Assembly (NCBI GenBank): GCA_028819575.1
Contig: JAPPLB010000150.1
Span: 8,683-72,682, forward strand
DNA from: Bryobacterales bacterium
GTDB taxonomy: Bacteria > Acidobacteriota > Terriglobia > Bryobacterales > UBA6623
Direction: 5' to 3'
Length of the DNA: 64,000 bases
Part shown: positions 28,899-37,642 of the stretch, in pieces
How positions within the stretch are numbered: position 1 is the stretch's first letter
How the letters are laid out: each line of letters opens with the position of its first letter
The notes under the pieces: model-generated
The model's input: only the letters and a program-made list of their open reading frames with translations
Database searches by the model: none
Told to the model about the DNA's origin: nothing
Translations under genes and position numbers: made by a program

Positions 28899-30332
28899 AT
28901 GCAGCGGATCAAGATACTGGCTGCCGTTTTAGGTTTGTTGTTTGCCACCACTGTCTGGTCTCAACAAGACGGAGACAGAGACGGCGGGGCCACCGGTAAC
29001 CCGCCAGGTGGGGCTACCGGCGGCGTGCCGGGTGGGACTGCTGGTGACATACCAGGAGGGGCTGCCGGTGGCTTGCCAGGTGGCCCGCCAGGTGGGGCTA
29101 TTGGCGGTGCGCCAGGGGGCACGACCGGTGGCAGGCCAGAGGGGGCTACCCGTGGCACAACCGGTGACGGTGACCGAGGTAGGGGAAACCGCCCAACCAC
29201 CGAAGATCAGCAGGAAGACATCATCGACCCCTACAGAGAGCAGCAAGAACAGCCGCAGCCATTTCCTCGATCGCAGAACGGGCACCTGCGTCTGCGGCGT
29301 CCGGTCATTCTCAGCGGCAAGGTCATGTTGGGAAACGGCATGACGCCTCCGGAGCCGGTGAGGATTTACGTGGAGTGCGATGGCCGGCGCATGACCACCG
29401 ACTATACCAATAGCAAGGGTGTCTTCAACGTCGATCTTAACAATCCTCAAAACACCTTTCTCGATGCGGGCGTCGGAGGTCCTTGGAAAGGTCACGGAGT
29501 CTGCGTCGACCGGTTTGGGCGAGTCAACCTGTTCGGTTGCCAGCTTTTCGCCGAGTTGGGCGGCTATCGAGCTGATCCGATTCAATTGGTTGCTCGTCGC
29601 AGCATCTTTGACAATCCCGACGTCGGAGCGATAGTCCTGCGACGCTTGGATGGTGTCGATGGTATGTCCATCAGTTACACCAGTCTGTCAGCCCCCGGGA
29701 AGGCCAAAAAAGCCTACGGCAAGGCATTCAGGGAAATGCAGAAGAGGGGACCGGACCTGCAAAAGGCCGAGAAGGAATTGGAGACGGCGGTGGGCTTGCA
29801 CTCCGAATACGCCGCGGCCTGGAACCTGCTGGGCCACGCTCGCCTGATGCAGGGCGACCGGGAACGCGGCCGGGCCGCGTTCGAAAAGGCTGTCGAAGCC
29901 GACCCGAAATTCCTGGATCCCTACCCCGCTCTCGCGCGTCTGGCGCTCGTCGAGGAGCGCTGGGATGATGGCCTGCAATGGTCGAATCAGCTTCTGCGGC
30001 TGAATCCCCACGTTGCGATTTCACATTACTATTCGGCCATTGCCAACTTTCGTTTAGGCCGCATGGAGGCTTCCAAGAAGTCGATGCTCGATCTTCAGGA
30101 GAAAAGCGCCGGCAGAGATTTTCCCCGGTCGCATCAGATCCTCGGTATGATCCATGCTGAACAGGGGCTCTACGAGCAGGCTGCCACATCCTATCGCGAC
30201 TATCTCGCGGTGCAGCCGGACGGGCCTTTCGCTTTACAGATCCAACGTCAACTCCGCGATTGGGAATTGCTGGGGGTGATCCGGAAACAGGAGACCGCCG
30301 CGGCGCCGACCGTCGCCGTCACCCAGGACTGA
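28899..30332 (+). CDS. secreted Gly-rich repeat / beta-sandwich / TPR protein, paralog 1 of 3
   Basis: Conserved start MQRIKIL plus signal peptide. About 70 aa of PGGxxGxx repeats, a CarboxypepD_reg-like unit (LSGKVMLGNGMTPPEPVRIYVECDG) and a C-terminal TPR region. A start 6 nt upstream is possible. Confidence 0.85.
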   Translation: MQRIKILAAVLGLLFATTVWSQQDGDRDGGATGNPPGGATGGVPGGTAGDIPGGAAGGLPGGPPGGAIGGAPGGTTGGRPEGATRGTTGDGDRGRGNRPTTEDQQEDIIDPYREQQEQPQPFPRSQNGHLRLRRPVILSGKVMLGNGMTPPEPVRIYVECDGRRMTTDYTNSKGVFNVDLNNPQNTFLDAGVGGPWKGHGVCVDRFGRVNLFGCQLFAELGGYRADPIQLVARRSIFDNPDVGAIVLRRLDGVDGMSISYTSLSAPGKAKKAYGKAFREMQKRGPDLQKAEKELETAVGLHSEYAAAWNLLGHARLMQGDRERGRAAFEKAVEADPKFLDPYPALARLALVEERWDDGLQWSNQLLRLNPHVAISHYYSAIANFRLGRMEASKKSMLDLQEKSAGRDFPRSHQILGMIHAEQGLYEQAATSYRDYLAVQPDGPFALQIQRQLRDWELLGVIRKQETAAAPTVAVTQD

Positions 30333-30377
30333 CCCGGATATCTCCCAAGCGGTAAGGAGGCGTGTGTGCGACGGTCC

Positions 30378-30510
30378 TCAGTTGGTGAGATATCCAGGCT
30401 CGGTTGATGACCTCGAACCGGTCGGGTTGCCACACATCCATCGCGTCGATCCCTCTCCCTGCAAGCGCGTCAGGTCGACTTCGGATCGTATTCGCCCCGG
30501 TACCGCAACC
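30378..30510. repeat. decayed copy of the VWA gene's 3' end and downstream spacer, carried in the tandem-duplication unit
   Basis: Aligns by eye with 33726-33860, for example ...GATCCCTCTCCCTGCAAGCGCGTCAGGTCGACTT... against ...GGTCCCTCTCCCTGCAGGTGCGTCAGGTTGACTT... Confidence 0.75.
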
Positions 30511-30621
30511 TTTTTGTTGTTGGCGACGTCGTACTGCGCTACCAAAGGCCTTGGTCGGAGGGGGTTTCTGTGAGTGCCTTACTGACAGTTGCAGCCTGAA
30601 TACCCGAAAGGGGGGATGATC

Positions 30622-31875
30622 ATGCAACGGATCAAGATTCTGGCTGCCGTTTTGGGCTTGTTGTTTGCTACGGCTGTCTGGTCTCAACAAGACGGCGGCA
30701 GAGGCAGTGGCGGCACGACCGGCGGCTCTGGCGGCACGACCGGTGGCGGTGGCCGAAGTACGGGAAACCTTCCAACCACCGGCGGTCAGCAGGGACGTAG
30801 TACCTACGACTCCTACCGACGGCAGGACTTGGACCTCCGCAGGCGCCCGTTTTACCTCAGCGGCAAGGTTGTGTTGGCGAACGGCATGACGCCTCCTGAG
30901 CCGGTGAAGGTTTACTTGGATTGCGACGGTCAGCGCCGGCCCGCCGGCTACACCAATTCCAAGGGTACCTTCAGGGTCGATCTCACCGATCGCAACACCC
31001 CCTTTGCCGATGCGAGCATGGGAGGGATGGGGCCACGGCGCGGATTCAGCAGCAGCGGCCTCGGACGAGTCACCCTGTTCGGTTGCCAGCTTCTCGCCGA
31101 GTTGGGCGGCTATCAAGCTGATCCGATTCCGTTTGGTAGTCGCAGCATCTTTGACAATCCCAATGTCGGAACGATGGTCCTGCGACGCTTGGATGGTGTT
31201 GAAGGTATGCCTATCAGTTTCACCAGTCTGTCAGCCCCCAATAAGGCCAGAAAAGCCTACGACAAGGCATTCAGGGAAATGCAGAAGAAAGAGCCGAACC
31301 TGCAAAAGGCCGAGAAGGAATTGGAGACGGTGGTGGGCTTGCACTCCGAATACGCCGCGGCCTGGAATATGCTGGGCCGCGTTCGCATGATGCAGGCCGA
31401 CCGGGAAGGCGGCCGGACCGCGTTCGAGAAGGCTGTCGAAGCCGACCCGAAATACCTCGATCCCTATCCCGATCTCGCACTTCTGGCGCTCACCGAGGAG
31501 CGCTGGGACGATGGCCTGCAGTGGTCGAATCAGCTTCTGCGGCTGAATCCCCACGTTGCGATTGCTCATTATTATTCGGCCATTGCAAACTTTTATTTAG
31601 GCCGGATGGAGGCTTCCAGGAAGTCGGTGCGAGAGCTCAAGGAGAAAAGCGCCGACGGATATTTTCCCCAGTCGCATCTGATCCTCGGCATGATCCATGC
31701 TCAACAGGGGCTCTACGAGCAGGCAGCCATATCCTTCCGCGACTATCTCACGGTGCAGCCGGACGGGCCCGTCGCTTCACAGATCCAACGTCAACTCCAC
31801 GATTGGGAAGTTCTGGGGAAGATCCGGAAACAGGAAGACCCCGGGGCGCCGACCGCGGCCATGCCCCGGAACTGA
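30622..31875 (+). CDS. secreted Gly-rich / beta-sandwich / TPR protein, paralog 2 of 3
   Basis: Same architecture as paralog 1 with a shorter Gly-rich tract. RBS AAAGGGGGG. The conserved upstream 120 nt is also present. Confidence 0.85.
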   Translation: MQRIKILAAVLGLLFATAVWSQQDGGRGSGGTTGGSGGTTGGGGRSTGNLPTTGGQQGRSTYDSYRRQDLDLRRRPFYLSGKVVLANGMTPPEPVKVYLDCDGQRRPAGYTNSKGTFRVDLTDRNTPFADASMGGMGPRRGFSSSGLGRVTLFGCQLLAELGGYQADPIPFGSRSIFDNPNVGTMVLRRLDGVEGMPISFTSLSAPNKARKAYDKAFREMQKKEPNLQKAEKELETVVGLHSEYAAAWNMLGRVRMMQADREGGRTAFEKAVEADPKYLDPYPDLALLALTEERWDDGLQWSNQLLRLNPHVAIAHYYSAIANFYLGRMEASRKSVRELKEKSADGYFPQSHLILGMIHAQQGLYEQAAISFRDYLTVQPDGPVASQIQRQLHDWEVLGKIRKQEDPGAPTAAMPRN

Positions 31876-31920
31876 CCCGGGTATCGCCCAAGCGCCGAGG
31901 AGGAGTGTCTGGGGCGATCC

Positions 31921-32053
31921 TCGGTTGGTGAGATGTCCAAGCTGGGCCAATGACCTCAAACCGGTCGGGTTGACACACATCTACTGTGCCGATCCCTCTC
32001 CCTGCAAGCGCGTCAGGTCGATTTCGGATAGTATTCGCCCCGGTCCCGCAACC
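31921..32053. repeat. second decayed copy of the VWA 3' end and spacer
   Basis: Collinear with 30378-30510 and 33726-33860. Confidence 0.75.
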
Positions 32054-32163
32054 TTTCTGTTGTTGGCGACGCCTTACTGCAAAACCGAAGGCCTTGGTCA
32101 CAGGGGTTTGCTGTGATAGCCTTACTGGCAGTTCCGGCCTGAATACCCGACAGGAGGGTGATC

Positions 32164-33477
32164 ATGCAACGAATCAGGATTCTGGCTACCGTTCTGGGTT
32201 TGTTGTTTACGACGGCTGTCTGGGCTCAACAGACAGGCGGCACTGGCGGTACCACCGGGGGCGCCACCGGTGGCACGACAGGTGGCGGTGGCCGAGGTAG
32301 TACGGGAAACCTCCCGACCACCGGCGGTCAGCAGGGGCGAACCAGCGACCCCTACGGACGGGAGCAACAGCAGATTCCCCAACCGGACTTCAGGCGCCCG
32401 CTGTATCTCAGCGGCAAGGTCGTGTTGGCGAACGGCATGCCGCCTCCGGAGCCGGTGAAGATTTATTTGGATTGCAACGGCCAGCGCCGGCCCGCCGGCT
32501 TCACCAATACCAAGGGCACCTTCAGCGTCGATCTTAACGATCGCAACAACCTCGCGTTTGCCGATGCGAGCGTCCAGGGAGCACCCGTTGGGATAGGGCA
32601 ACAAGGGGGCGGGGGCGGATTCGGCACTGTCGGAACCAACCTTTCTTCTCGCAGCGACGGCCTCGGTCGAGTCAACCTGTTCGGTTGTCAGCTTCTCGCC
32701 GAGTTGGGGGGCTATCAAGCTGACCCGGTTCCTCTGGGTACTCGCAGCGTCTTTGACAACCCCAACATCGGAACGATGGTCATGCAGCGCTTGGATGGAG
32801 TAGAAGGTTCGTCCATCAGTGTCACCAGTCTGTCAGCCCCCAAGAAGGCCAAGAAAGCCTACGACAAGGCCTTCAGGGAGATGCAGAAGAAGGAGCCGAA
32901 CCTGCAAAAGGCCAAAAAAGAGTTGGAGTCGGCGGTGGGTCTGCACTCCGAGTACGCTACGGCCTGGAACCTGCTGGGTCGCATTCGAATGATGCAGGAC
33001 GACCTCGAAGGAGGCCGGGCCGCGTTCGAGAAGGCTGTCGAAGCCGACCCGAAATTCCTGGATCCCTATCCCGCTCTCTCGCGTCTGGCGCTCACTGAGC
33101 AGCGCTGGGACGATGGCCTGCAGTGGTCGAATCAGCTTCTGCGGTTGAATCCCCACGCCTCGATGGCGCATTACTTTTCGGCCATTGCCAACTTCCGTTT
33201 AGGACGGATGGAGGCTTCCAAGAAGTCGGTGATCGAGCTCAAGGAGAAGAATGCCGACAGAGACTTTCCCCAGTCCCATCAGATCCTTGGCATGATCCAT
33301 GCTCAACAGGGGCTCTACGAGCAGGCGGCCACATCCTACCGCGACTATCTCACGGTGCAGCCGGACGGCCCCGCCGCTTCGCAGATCAAACGCCAGCTCC
33401 ACGAATGGGAAATTCTGGGGGTGATCCAGAAAAAGGAAGCCGCGGCGGCGCCGACAGCCGCCGTCCCCCAGAACTGA
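32164..33477 (+). CDS. secreted Gly-rich / beta-sandwich / TPR protein, paralog 3 of 3
   Basis: Same architecture as paralogs 1 and 2. RBS CAGGAGGG lies 5 nt before the ATG. Confidence 0.85.
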   Translation: MQRIRILATVLGLLFTTAVWAQQTGGTGGTTGGATGGTTGGGGRGSTGNLPTTGGQQGRTSDPYGREQQQIPQPDFRRPLYLSGKVVLANGMPPPEPVKIYLDCNGQRRPAGFTNTKGTFSVDLNDRNNLAFADASVQGAPVGIGQQGGGGGFGTVGTNLSSRSDGLGRVNLFGCQLLAELGGYQADPVPLGTRSVFDNPNIGTMVMQRLDGVEGSSISVTSLSAPKKAKKAYDKAFREMQKKEPNLQKAKKELESAVGLHSEYATAWNLLGRIRMMQDDLEGGRAAFEKAVEADPKFLDPYPALSRLALTEQRWDDGLQWSNQLLRLNPHASMAHYFSAIANFRLGRMEASKKSVIELKEKNADRDFPQSHQILGMIHAQQGLYEQAATSYRDYLTVQPDGPAASQIKRQLHEWEILGVIQKKEAAAAPTAAVPQN

Positions 33478-33512
33478 CCTGACTGCTCTCACGTGGCCAG
33501 TCGAGGTGCTTG

Positions 33513-33721
33513 CTAACCTGCATATCTCACCACGTGGCGAGACGAATTGCGTGAGAGGGTCGTCAGGACTAGGCACAAGCCGGGCGGAGGAAAAAGGCGC
33601 GAGCCGCTTGGCGCGCGCAGACGTACTTGAACAGTACGTTGAGCACGGCAAGCAAGCGTAACGAAGTCATGGCGGTCATACCGCGTACTTCGGCCGTCGG
33701 GTGGTGAGAAATGCAGGTTAG
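33513..33721. mobile_element. short (209 bp) mosaic MITE-like element with 21-bp TIRs
   Basis: TIRs are CTAACCTGCATATCTCACCAC and GTGGTGAGAAATGCAGGTTAG. It is absent from the two paralogous spacers. Confidence 0.9.
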
Positions 33722-33817
33722 GGCTTCAGTTTGTGAGATATCCAGGCTGGACCGATGACATCAAACCGATAGGGGTATGCACCACCGGCTACACCGGTCC
33801 CTCTCCCTGCAGGTGCG

Positions 33818-34792
33818 TCAGGTTGACTTGGGGTAGTATCCGGTCCGAGCCTGCACCTTGAGGTTCTTGCGCCGCGTTCGCAAGTTGATTTTGCGAAGCC
33901 CGGCCCCGCTTGAGTTGCTGTCGGGTGAGAAACCGATGCTGTATTGGCTGCGCAGTTCGTTCTGAATCTCATCGAAGATCTGCCGCAGTGTCCGCTTGCG
34001 CGTCACCTCGAAGACGTTGCCGCCGGTTTCCCGCGCCATCTTTTTCAGCGCCCCGGAACCGCCGCCCGCGAAGCCCATCCGGCCATAGTAGAAAGTGCGG
34101 TCGTAGTACCGCACGCCGTACACCACGACATCGGATTTGTGAGCCGCTTCGACCGCCTCCTCGCGATCGACGCGGCTGCCGTAGTCGACGCCGTCGGAGA
34201 TCAGCACAATGGCCTTGCGCCCGACCTGCCCCTGCATCATCTCATCGGAGGCAAGGTACACTGCGTCGTAGAGGGCCGTCCCCACCGGCGGTCCTGAATT
34301 CGGCACAGGTCCGGGATGGATGCCGCGGTTGGCTCCTTCCACTTGCAGGTCTTCGAGAGACCTTTCCAGCAGCTTTTGCGAGCCTGTCAAATCTTGCAGC
34401 AATTCGACATTGACGTCGAAGCTGATCAGGAATGCCAAGTCCTTTTGGAGTCGGAGCACCTGCGAAAAGAATTGGGCGGCGGCCCGCTGCTCTTCGTAGA
34501 TCAGACGTTCCTGGCTGACGCTGGTGTCGACAAGCAGCCCCACCGTGAGTGGCAGGTCCGTCTGTTGAGAGAAGTAGCGAATCTGTTGGCGCTTACCGCC
34601 CTCTTCCAGGATGAAGTCGTCTTTACTGAGGTCCGTGACCAGACCACCCTTGTTGTCGCGTACCGTGGCCAGGAGATTTACGACCTCCACGTCCACCGAG
34701 ATGATCGCTTCTTCCTGGGCTCCGGCCGTTCTGCGCAGCCAGGGGCTCGCTGCGGAAGCCGCAAGCAGGGAGATGGCCCTTCGTCGATGCAT
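33818..34792 (-). CDS. VWA domain protein (acidobacterial VWFA-related family, TIGR03436-like)
   Basis: Signal MHRRRAISLLAASAASPWL, then IISVDVEVVNL...D-x-S-x-S MIDAS-like motif (VGLLVDTSVS)...IVLISDGVD. The ORF can extend to 34858. Confidence 0.8.
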   Translation of the reverse strand: MHRRRAISLLAASAASPWLRRTAGAQEEAIISVDVEVVNLLATVRDNKGGLVTDLSKDDFILEEGGKRQQIRYFSQQTDLPLTVGLLVDTSVSQERLIYEEQRAAAQFFSQVLRLQKDLAFLISFDVNVELLQDLTGSQKLLERSLEDLQVEGANRGIHPGPVPNSGPPVGTALYDAVYLASDEMMQGQVGRKAIVLISDGVDYGSRVDREEAVEAAHKSDVVVYGVRYYDRTFYYGRMGFAGGGSGALKKMARETGGNVFEVTRKRTLRQIFDEIQNELRSQYSIGFSPDSNSSGAGLRKINLRTRRKNLKVQARTGYYPKST

Positions 34793-34902
34793 AACTCTAT
34801 TTCTGGGACGATCAGGCCACGGCGGTGGTTTCCCGGATCCCGAAACGCGGACAGCCATTTCTGATCGAACGACTAAGAATTATCGCAGTTCAGGTCCGAT
34901 AT

Positions 34903-35191
34903 TAGCCTGCATTTCTCACCACGTGGCGAGGCGAAGTGCGTGAGAGGGCCGTCAGGACGAGGCGCGAGCCGGGCGGAGGAAAAAGGCGTGAGCCAAGCGC
35001 ACTTGCCAAATCACTTCCTTCACCCCTCTTGTCACGAAACGCGGCCTTCCCGGTTCACTGGCCGTCAGACATTTCTTCTGGAGCGAACCAGACCCCCTCT
35101 CATGGTTTTCACGAATCACGAAACACGAAACACGAATCACGGCCTTTTTCTCGCGTGCTTCGACCGTCGGGTGGTGAGAAATGCAGGTTAG
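34903..35191. mobile_element. full-length mosaic MITE-like element (289 bp)
   Basis: Perfect 17-bp TIRs CCTGCATTTCTCACCAC / GTGGTGAGAAATGCAGG. Modules A, S and the heptad array are all present. Confidence 0.9.
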
Positions 35192-35323
35192 CCCAAGCCG
35201 CCCGGGGCCGGCACACTCCGCTGCTCGAACCTGACAAGGAGGGGCTCGATCAGTGCCCGAACCCTCCCGCCGAAGATCGGCATCTTGTGTTTCAGTGAAC
35301 GAACGTACGCTTCCCCGCCACCG

Positions 35324-35536
35324 TCACTCGCTCCGGGTTACGACGGACCACAAGTAGAGCAGCATGCCGGCTCCAACAAGCAAGGCCCCCAGGCTGAGGA
35401 ACAGGAAGAAAGAAACGGGATGGATCCAGAACAAGGTGGTCAGTTCGACTCCAATCCCCGAAGCGATCAGCAACCCGGATAGCTGGAGGCGGCCGGCGAA
35501 TCCGGCCCGCAGGCCCAGCGACCGAATCCGGCTCAT
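35324..35536 (-). CDS. small two-helix membrane protein, translationally coupled to the tetraheme cytochrome
   Basis: ATGA start/stop overlap at 35533-35536. 70 aa with two hydrophobic helices. Confidence 0.55.
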   Translation of the reverse strand: MSRIRSLGLRAGFAGRLQLSGLLIASGIGVELTTLFWIHPVSFFLFLSLGALLVGAGMLLYLWSVVTRSE

Positions 35537-36150
35537 TGCCTGGCCTCGGGTTCCCAACTCGGGAATCGGTCCAGCTTCGTGACCTCGTGAATCAGGTTGT
35601 GACACATCAGGCATGACCTCTCGCCATCGAGCAGCTCGGCGCGGAATGCCTTGTGGGCCGGGTGCTCCTCGTAGGACCGCGCCCCTTCGTGGCATTCCAG
35701 ACAGGCTTGGTTCTCATATGGCTGATACAGCTTGACCGGCTCTGAAGCAGTGCCCCAAATGTTGTGCCATACGTGCCTCACGCCGCGGATCTTGTCATCA
35801 ACGTCCCCGAACATCGTGTAGTTGGTGTGGCATGCATAGCAAGCTTTGTCGATGGGGATTCGCTTGTTCTGATAATGCGCGGCTGGAAGGAATCGAGCAT
35901 CGTCAATCCGGAGACTTTCTCCATAGGGTTGAATGATGTGGCACGAGAGGCAGAACTCCTTTGTCTTGGCCTGTTCGTAGTGCTGGCCGGCGCCGCCCAG
36001 CAGCAGAAGCCCCGGCAGTGCAAAGAGAGAAACAAAAGCCAGGATCTTGCCCCCGGTGGTGGCAGCCAGCTCGGGCCGCCGGAAAAGGGCCGCAATCAAC
36101 GCGAGTGTTGCGATGGCCAGGGCACTGAGGCTGATGACGTAACCGGTCAC
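35533..36150 (-). CDS. NapC/NirT/NrfH-family membrane-anchored tetraheme cytochrome c (quinol dehydrogenase)
   Basis: N-terminal TM helices plus four CxxCH motifs (CLSCH, CYACH, CLECH, CLMCH). About 200 aa. Confidence 0.85.
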   Translation of the reverse strand: MTGYVISLSALAIATLALIAALFRRPELAATTGGKILAFVSLFALPGLLLLGGAGQHYEQAKTKEFCLSCHIIQPYGESLRIDDARFLPAAHYQNKRIPIDKACYACHTNYTMFGDVDDKIRGVRHVWHNIWGTASEPVKLYQPYENQACLECHEGARSYEEHPAHKAFRAELLDGERSCLMCHNLIHEVTKLDRFPSWEPEARQ

Positions 36151-36174
36151 TGAAAAAGGCCTCCGCGCCGCCGG

Positions 36175-37443
36175 CTAGCGGCTGCTGCGCATCTCCTGCG
36201 CCAATGTTTTGATCTCGGTCAGATCCTGCAACATCTCGCTCCAGCCGTACCAGAGCGCGTAATCCGGATTGTTGTGAAACACGCCCTGAAACGCTCGCAT
36301 CCGGTGCTCCAGGTGCATCTTGAAGAGTCTTTGTTCGATCACCGACGGTGCGTCGTGGAAAGCCAGCAGGTCCGGGAAGTTGTACGCATAGTGGTCCGGC
36401 TTGCGCAGCACCCCGTCGCGGTAGAGGGTACTGACGATGCGGATCGCCTCGGCAAGCAGCCGGTCCGTTTCCCGGATCATCTCGTCGCCCTTCTCGAGTT
36501 CCGCTCGTACAAAATTTCCCGAGTGGCACTGCTCGCAAACACCGATCATGCGGTCGCGCTCCTTCTGCCAATCCTCTTGGGTCAGCCGGGCGACATCGGC
36601 TTGCTTGACGGCATCCAGGCGCGCGGTTGGATTTCCCTGCGGGTCCAGGACACCGAGCGCTTGGAGGATGGTGGTTCGATCGGCCGCCCACTGGGCGTCT
36701 TCCGGCATGGGCAATCGCACGGCCAGGAATCCCCAGGCTGTCCGCACGCCGTGATCCCCCTGCGGCATGTGGCACGTCTGGCAGGTGGGCGCCGCGGCCT
36801 GCTCCGGCAGCGTTCCGCTCTGCTTGAGCAGATGCCGAACGCCATGCTTGGACGAGGAATACATCTCCCACTGCGGATGGTCGATGCCCATGTGGCACGT
36901 CCGGCAAGCTTGTGGCTCCCGGGCCTCTTTGACGGAAAAGAGGTGGCGCGTATGGCAGGCGTCGCACGAGGCAAGGCCGAACATGACACCCTCGGCCTTC
37001 AACTGCCGGATCTCCTCCTCACTCTTGAGCCCGAGGCGGTGGCACCCTCCACAGCCCTTCATGCCTTCCGTGAGAGCCATCGGCAGCCAATGCGTCGTCG
37101 GCATGGCGTTCATGCTGGCCCAGGCCAGAGCGTGCTTGCCGCCTTCGAACTGCTCTGTCTGGATCGGATGGCAAGTCCCGCAAACATCCGGCGTCGCGGT
37201 CTTGACCAAAGCGACATTGTCCGCCGAGTCATGCTCGTCGCCGTGACATAGCGAGCAGTCCACACCCTTCTCGCTGTGCCGGCTCAGTTCCCAATCCGTG
37301 ACGATGCTCGGCGTCACGCTGCGGTGACAGTCGACGCAGTCCGATGAGCTGCGAGAGGTGTCTTCCCCGCCGCCGCACGCTGCCAGCGCCAGAACGGCCG
37401 GCAGTAGAAAGCATCTTCTCCGACGCGATCGTCTTGTTCTCAA
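36175..37443 (-). CDS. octaheme cytochrome c, hydroxylamine-oxidoreductase (HAO) family-like lipoprotein
   Basis: Eight CxxCH motifs (CVDCH, CSLCH, CGTCH, CGGCH, CDACH, CRTCH, CQTCH, CEQCH). Lipobox LALAAC. The start is placed at TTG 37443, although the ORF is open to 37701. Confidence 0.8.
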   Translation of the reverse strand: MRTRRSRRRRCFLLPAVLALAACGGGEDTSRSSSDCVDCHRSVTPSIVTDWELSRHSEKGVDCSLCHGDEHDSADNVALVKTATPDVCGTCHPIQTEQFEGGKHALAWASMNAMPTTHWLPMALTEGMKGCGGCHRLGLKSEEEIRQLKAEGVMFGLASCDACHTRHLFSVKEAREPQACRTCHMGIDHPQWEMYSSSKHGVRHLLKQSGTLPEQAAAPTCQTCHMPQGDHGVRTAWGFLAVRLPMPEDAQWAADRTTILQALGVLDPQGNPTARLDAVKQADVARLTQEDWQKERDRMIGVCEQCHSGNFVRAELEKGDEMIRETDRLLAEAIRIVSTLYRDGVLRKPDHYAYNFPDLLAFHDAPSVIEQRLFKMHLEHRMRAFQGVFHNNPDYALWYGWSEMLQDLTEIKTLAQEMRSSR

Positions 37444-37642
37444 CTGGTTGTGATGAACCCGCGGCCATTGCGGGAAGATGCATCCCTCAAGAAGACGTGC
37501 TCTGCAAATTCTGGTCGTCCGGGCGATGTGCTCCAAGCGCATTGACCTGTTCGAGCTCTCATTATATGGCCCGTTCCATTCCGGCCCTGATCGGCGCCCT
37601 GACAGCCCATGCGAAGGAAAAGTCCTGCCGCATCGTTCGTCG

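Noticed and set aside
30521-30537. TGGCGACGTCGTACTGC in the conserved upstream region of the three paralogs, which looked like a -24/-12 promoter.
   Set aside because: The GG-to-GC spacing is 12 nt rather than the strict 10 nt required for sigma-54 promoters. The same is true of the copies upstream of paralogs 1 and 3.
30319-31116. Minus-strand ORFs in the paralog spacers that share a conserved peptide (...RPDALAGRGI..VDVWQPDRFEVI..AW.SHQ...). Related ORFs lie at 31748-32101 and 33718-33972.
   Set aside because: The conservation is explained by DNA-level duplication of the spacer and the VWA 3' relic. The ORFs differ in start, end and frame continuity, and they overlap the real + strand genes.
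34936-35298. ORFs encoding odd HESR(N/D)TKHESR-type repeat peptides. Others lie at 34940-35191, 50338-50748, 50348-50734, 50595-50873, 2806-3063 and in the 53715-53885 extension of the deaminase ORF.
   Set aside because: They are translations of the CACGAnn heptad arrays and other MITE modules. They occur in both orientations and in several frames.
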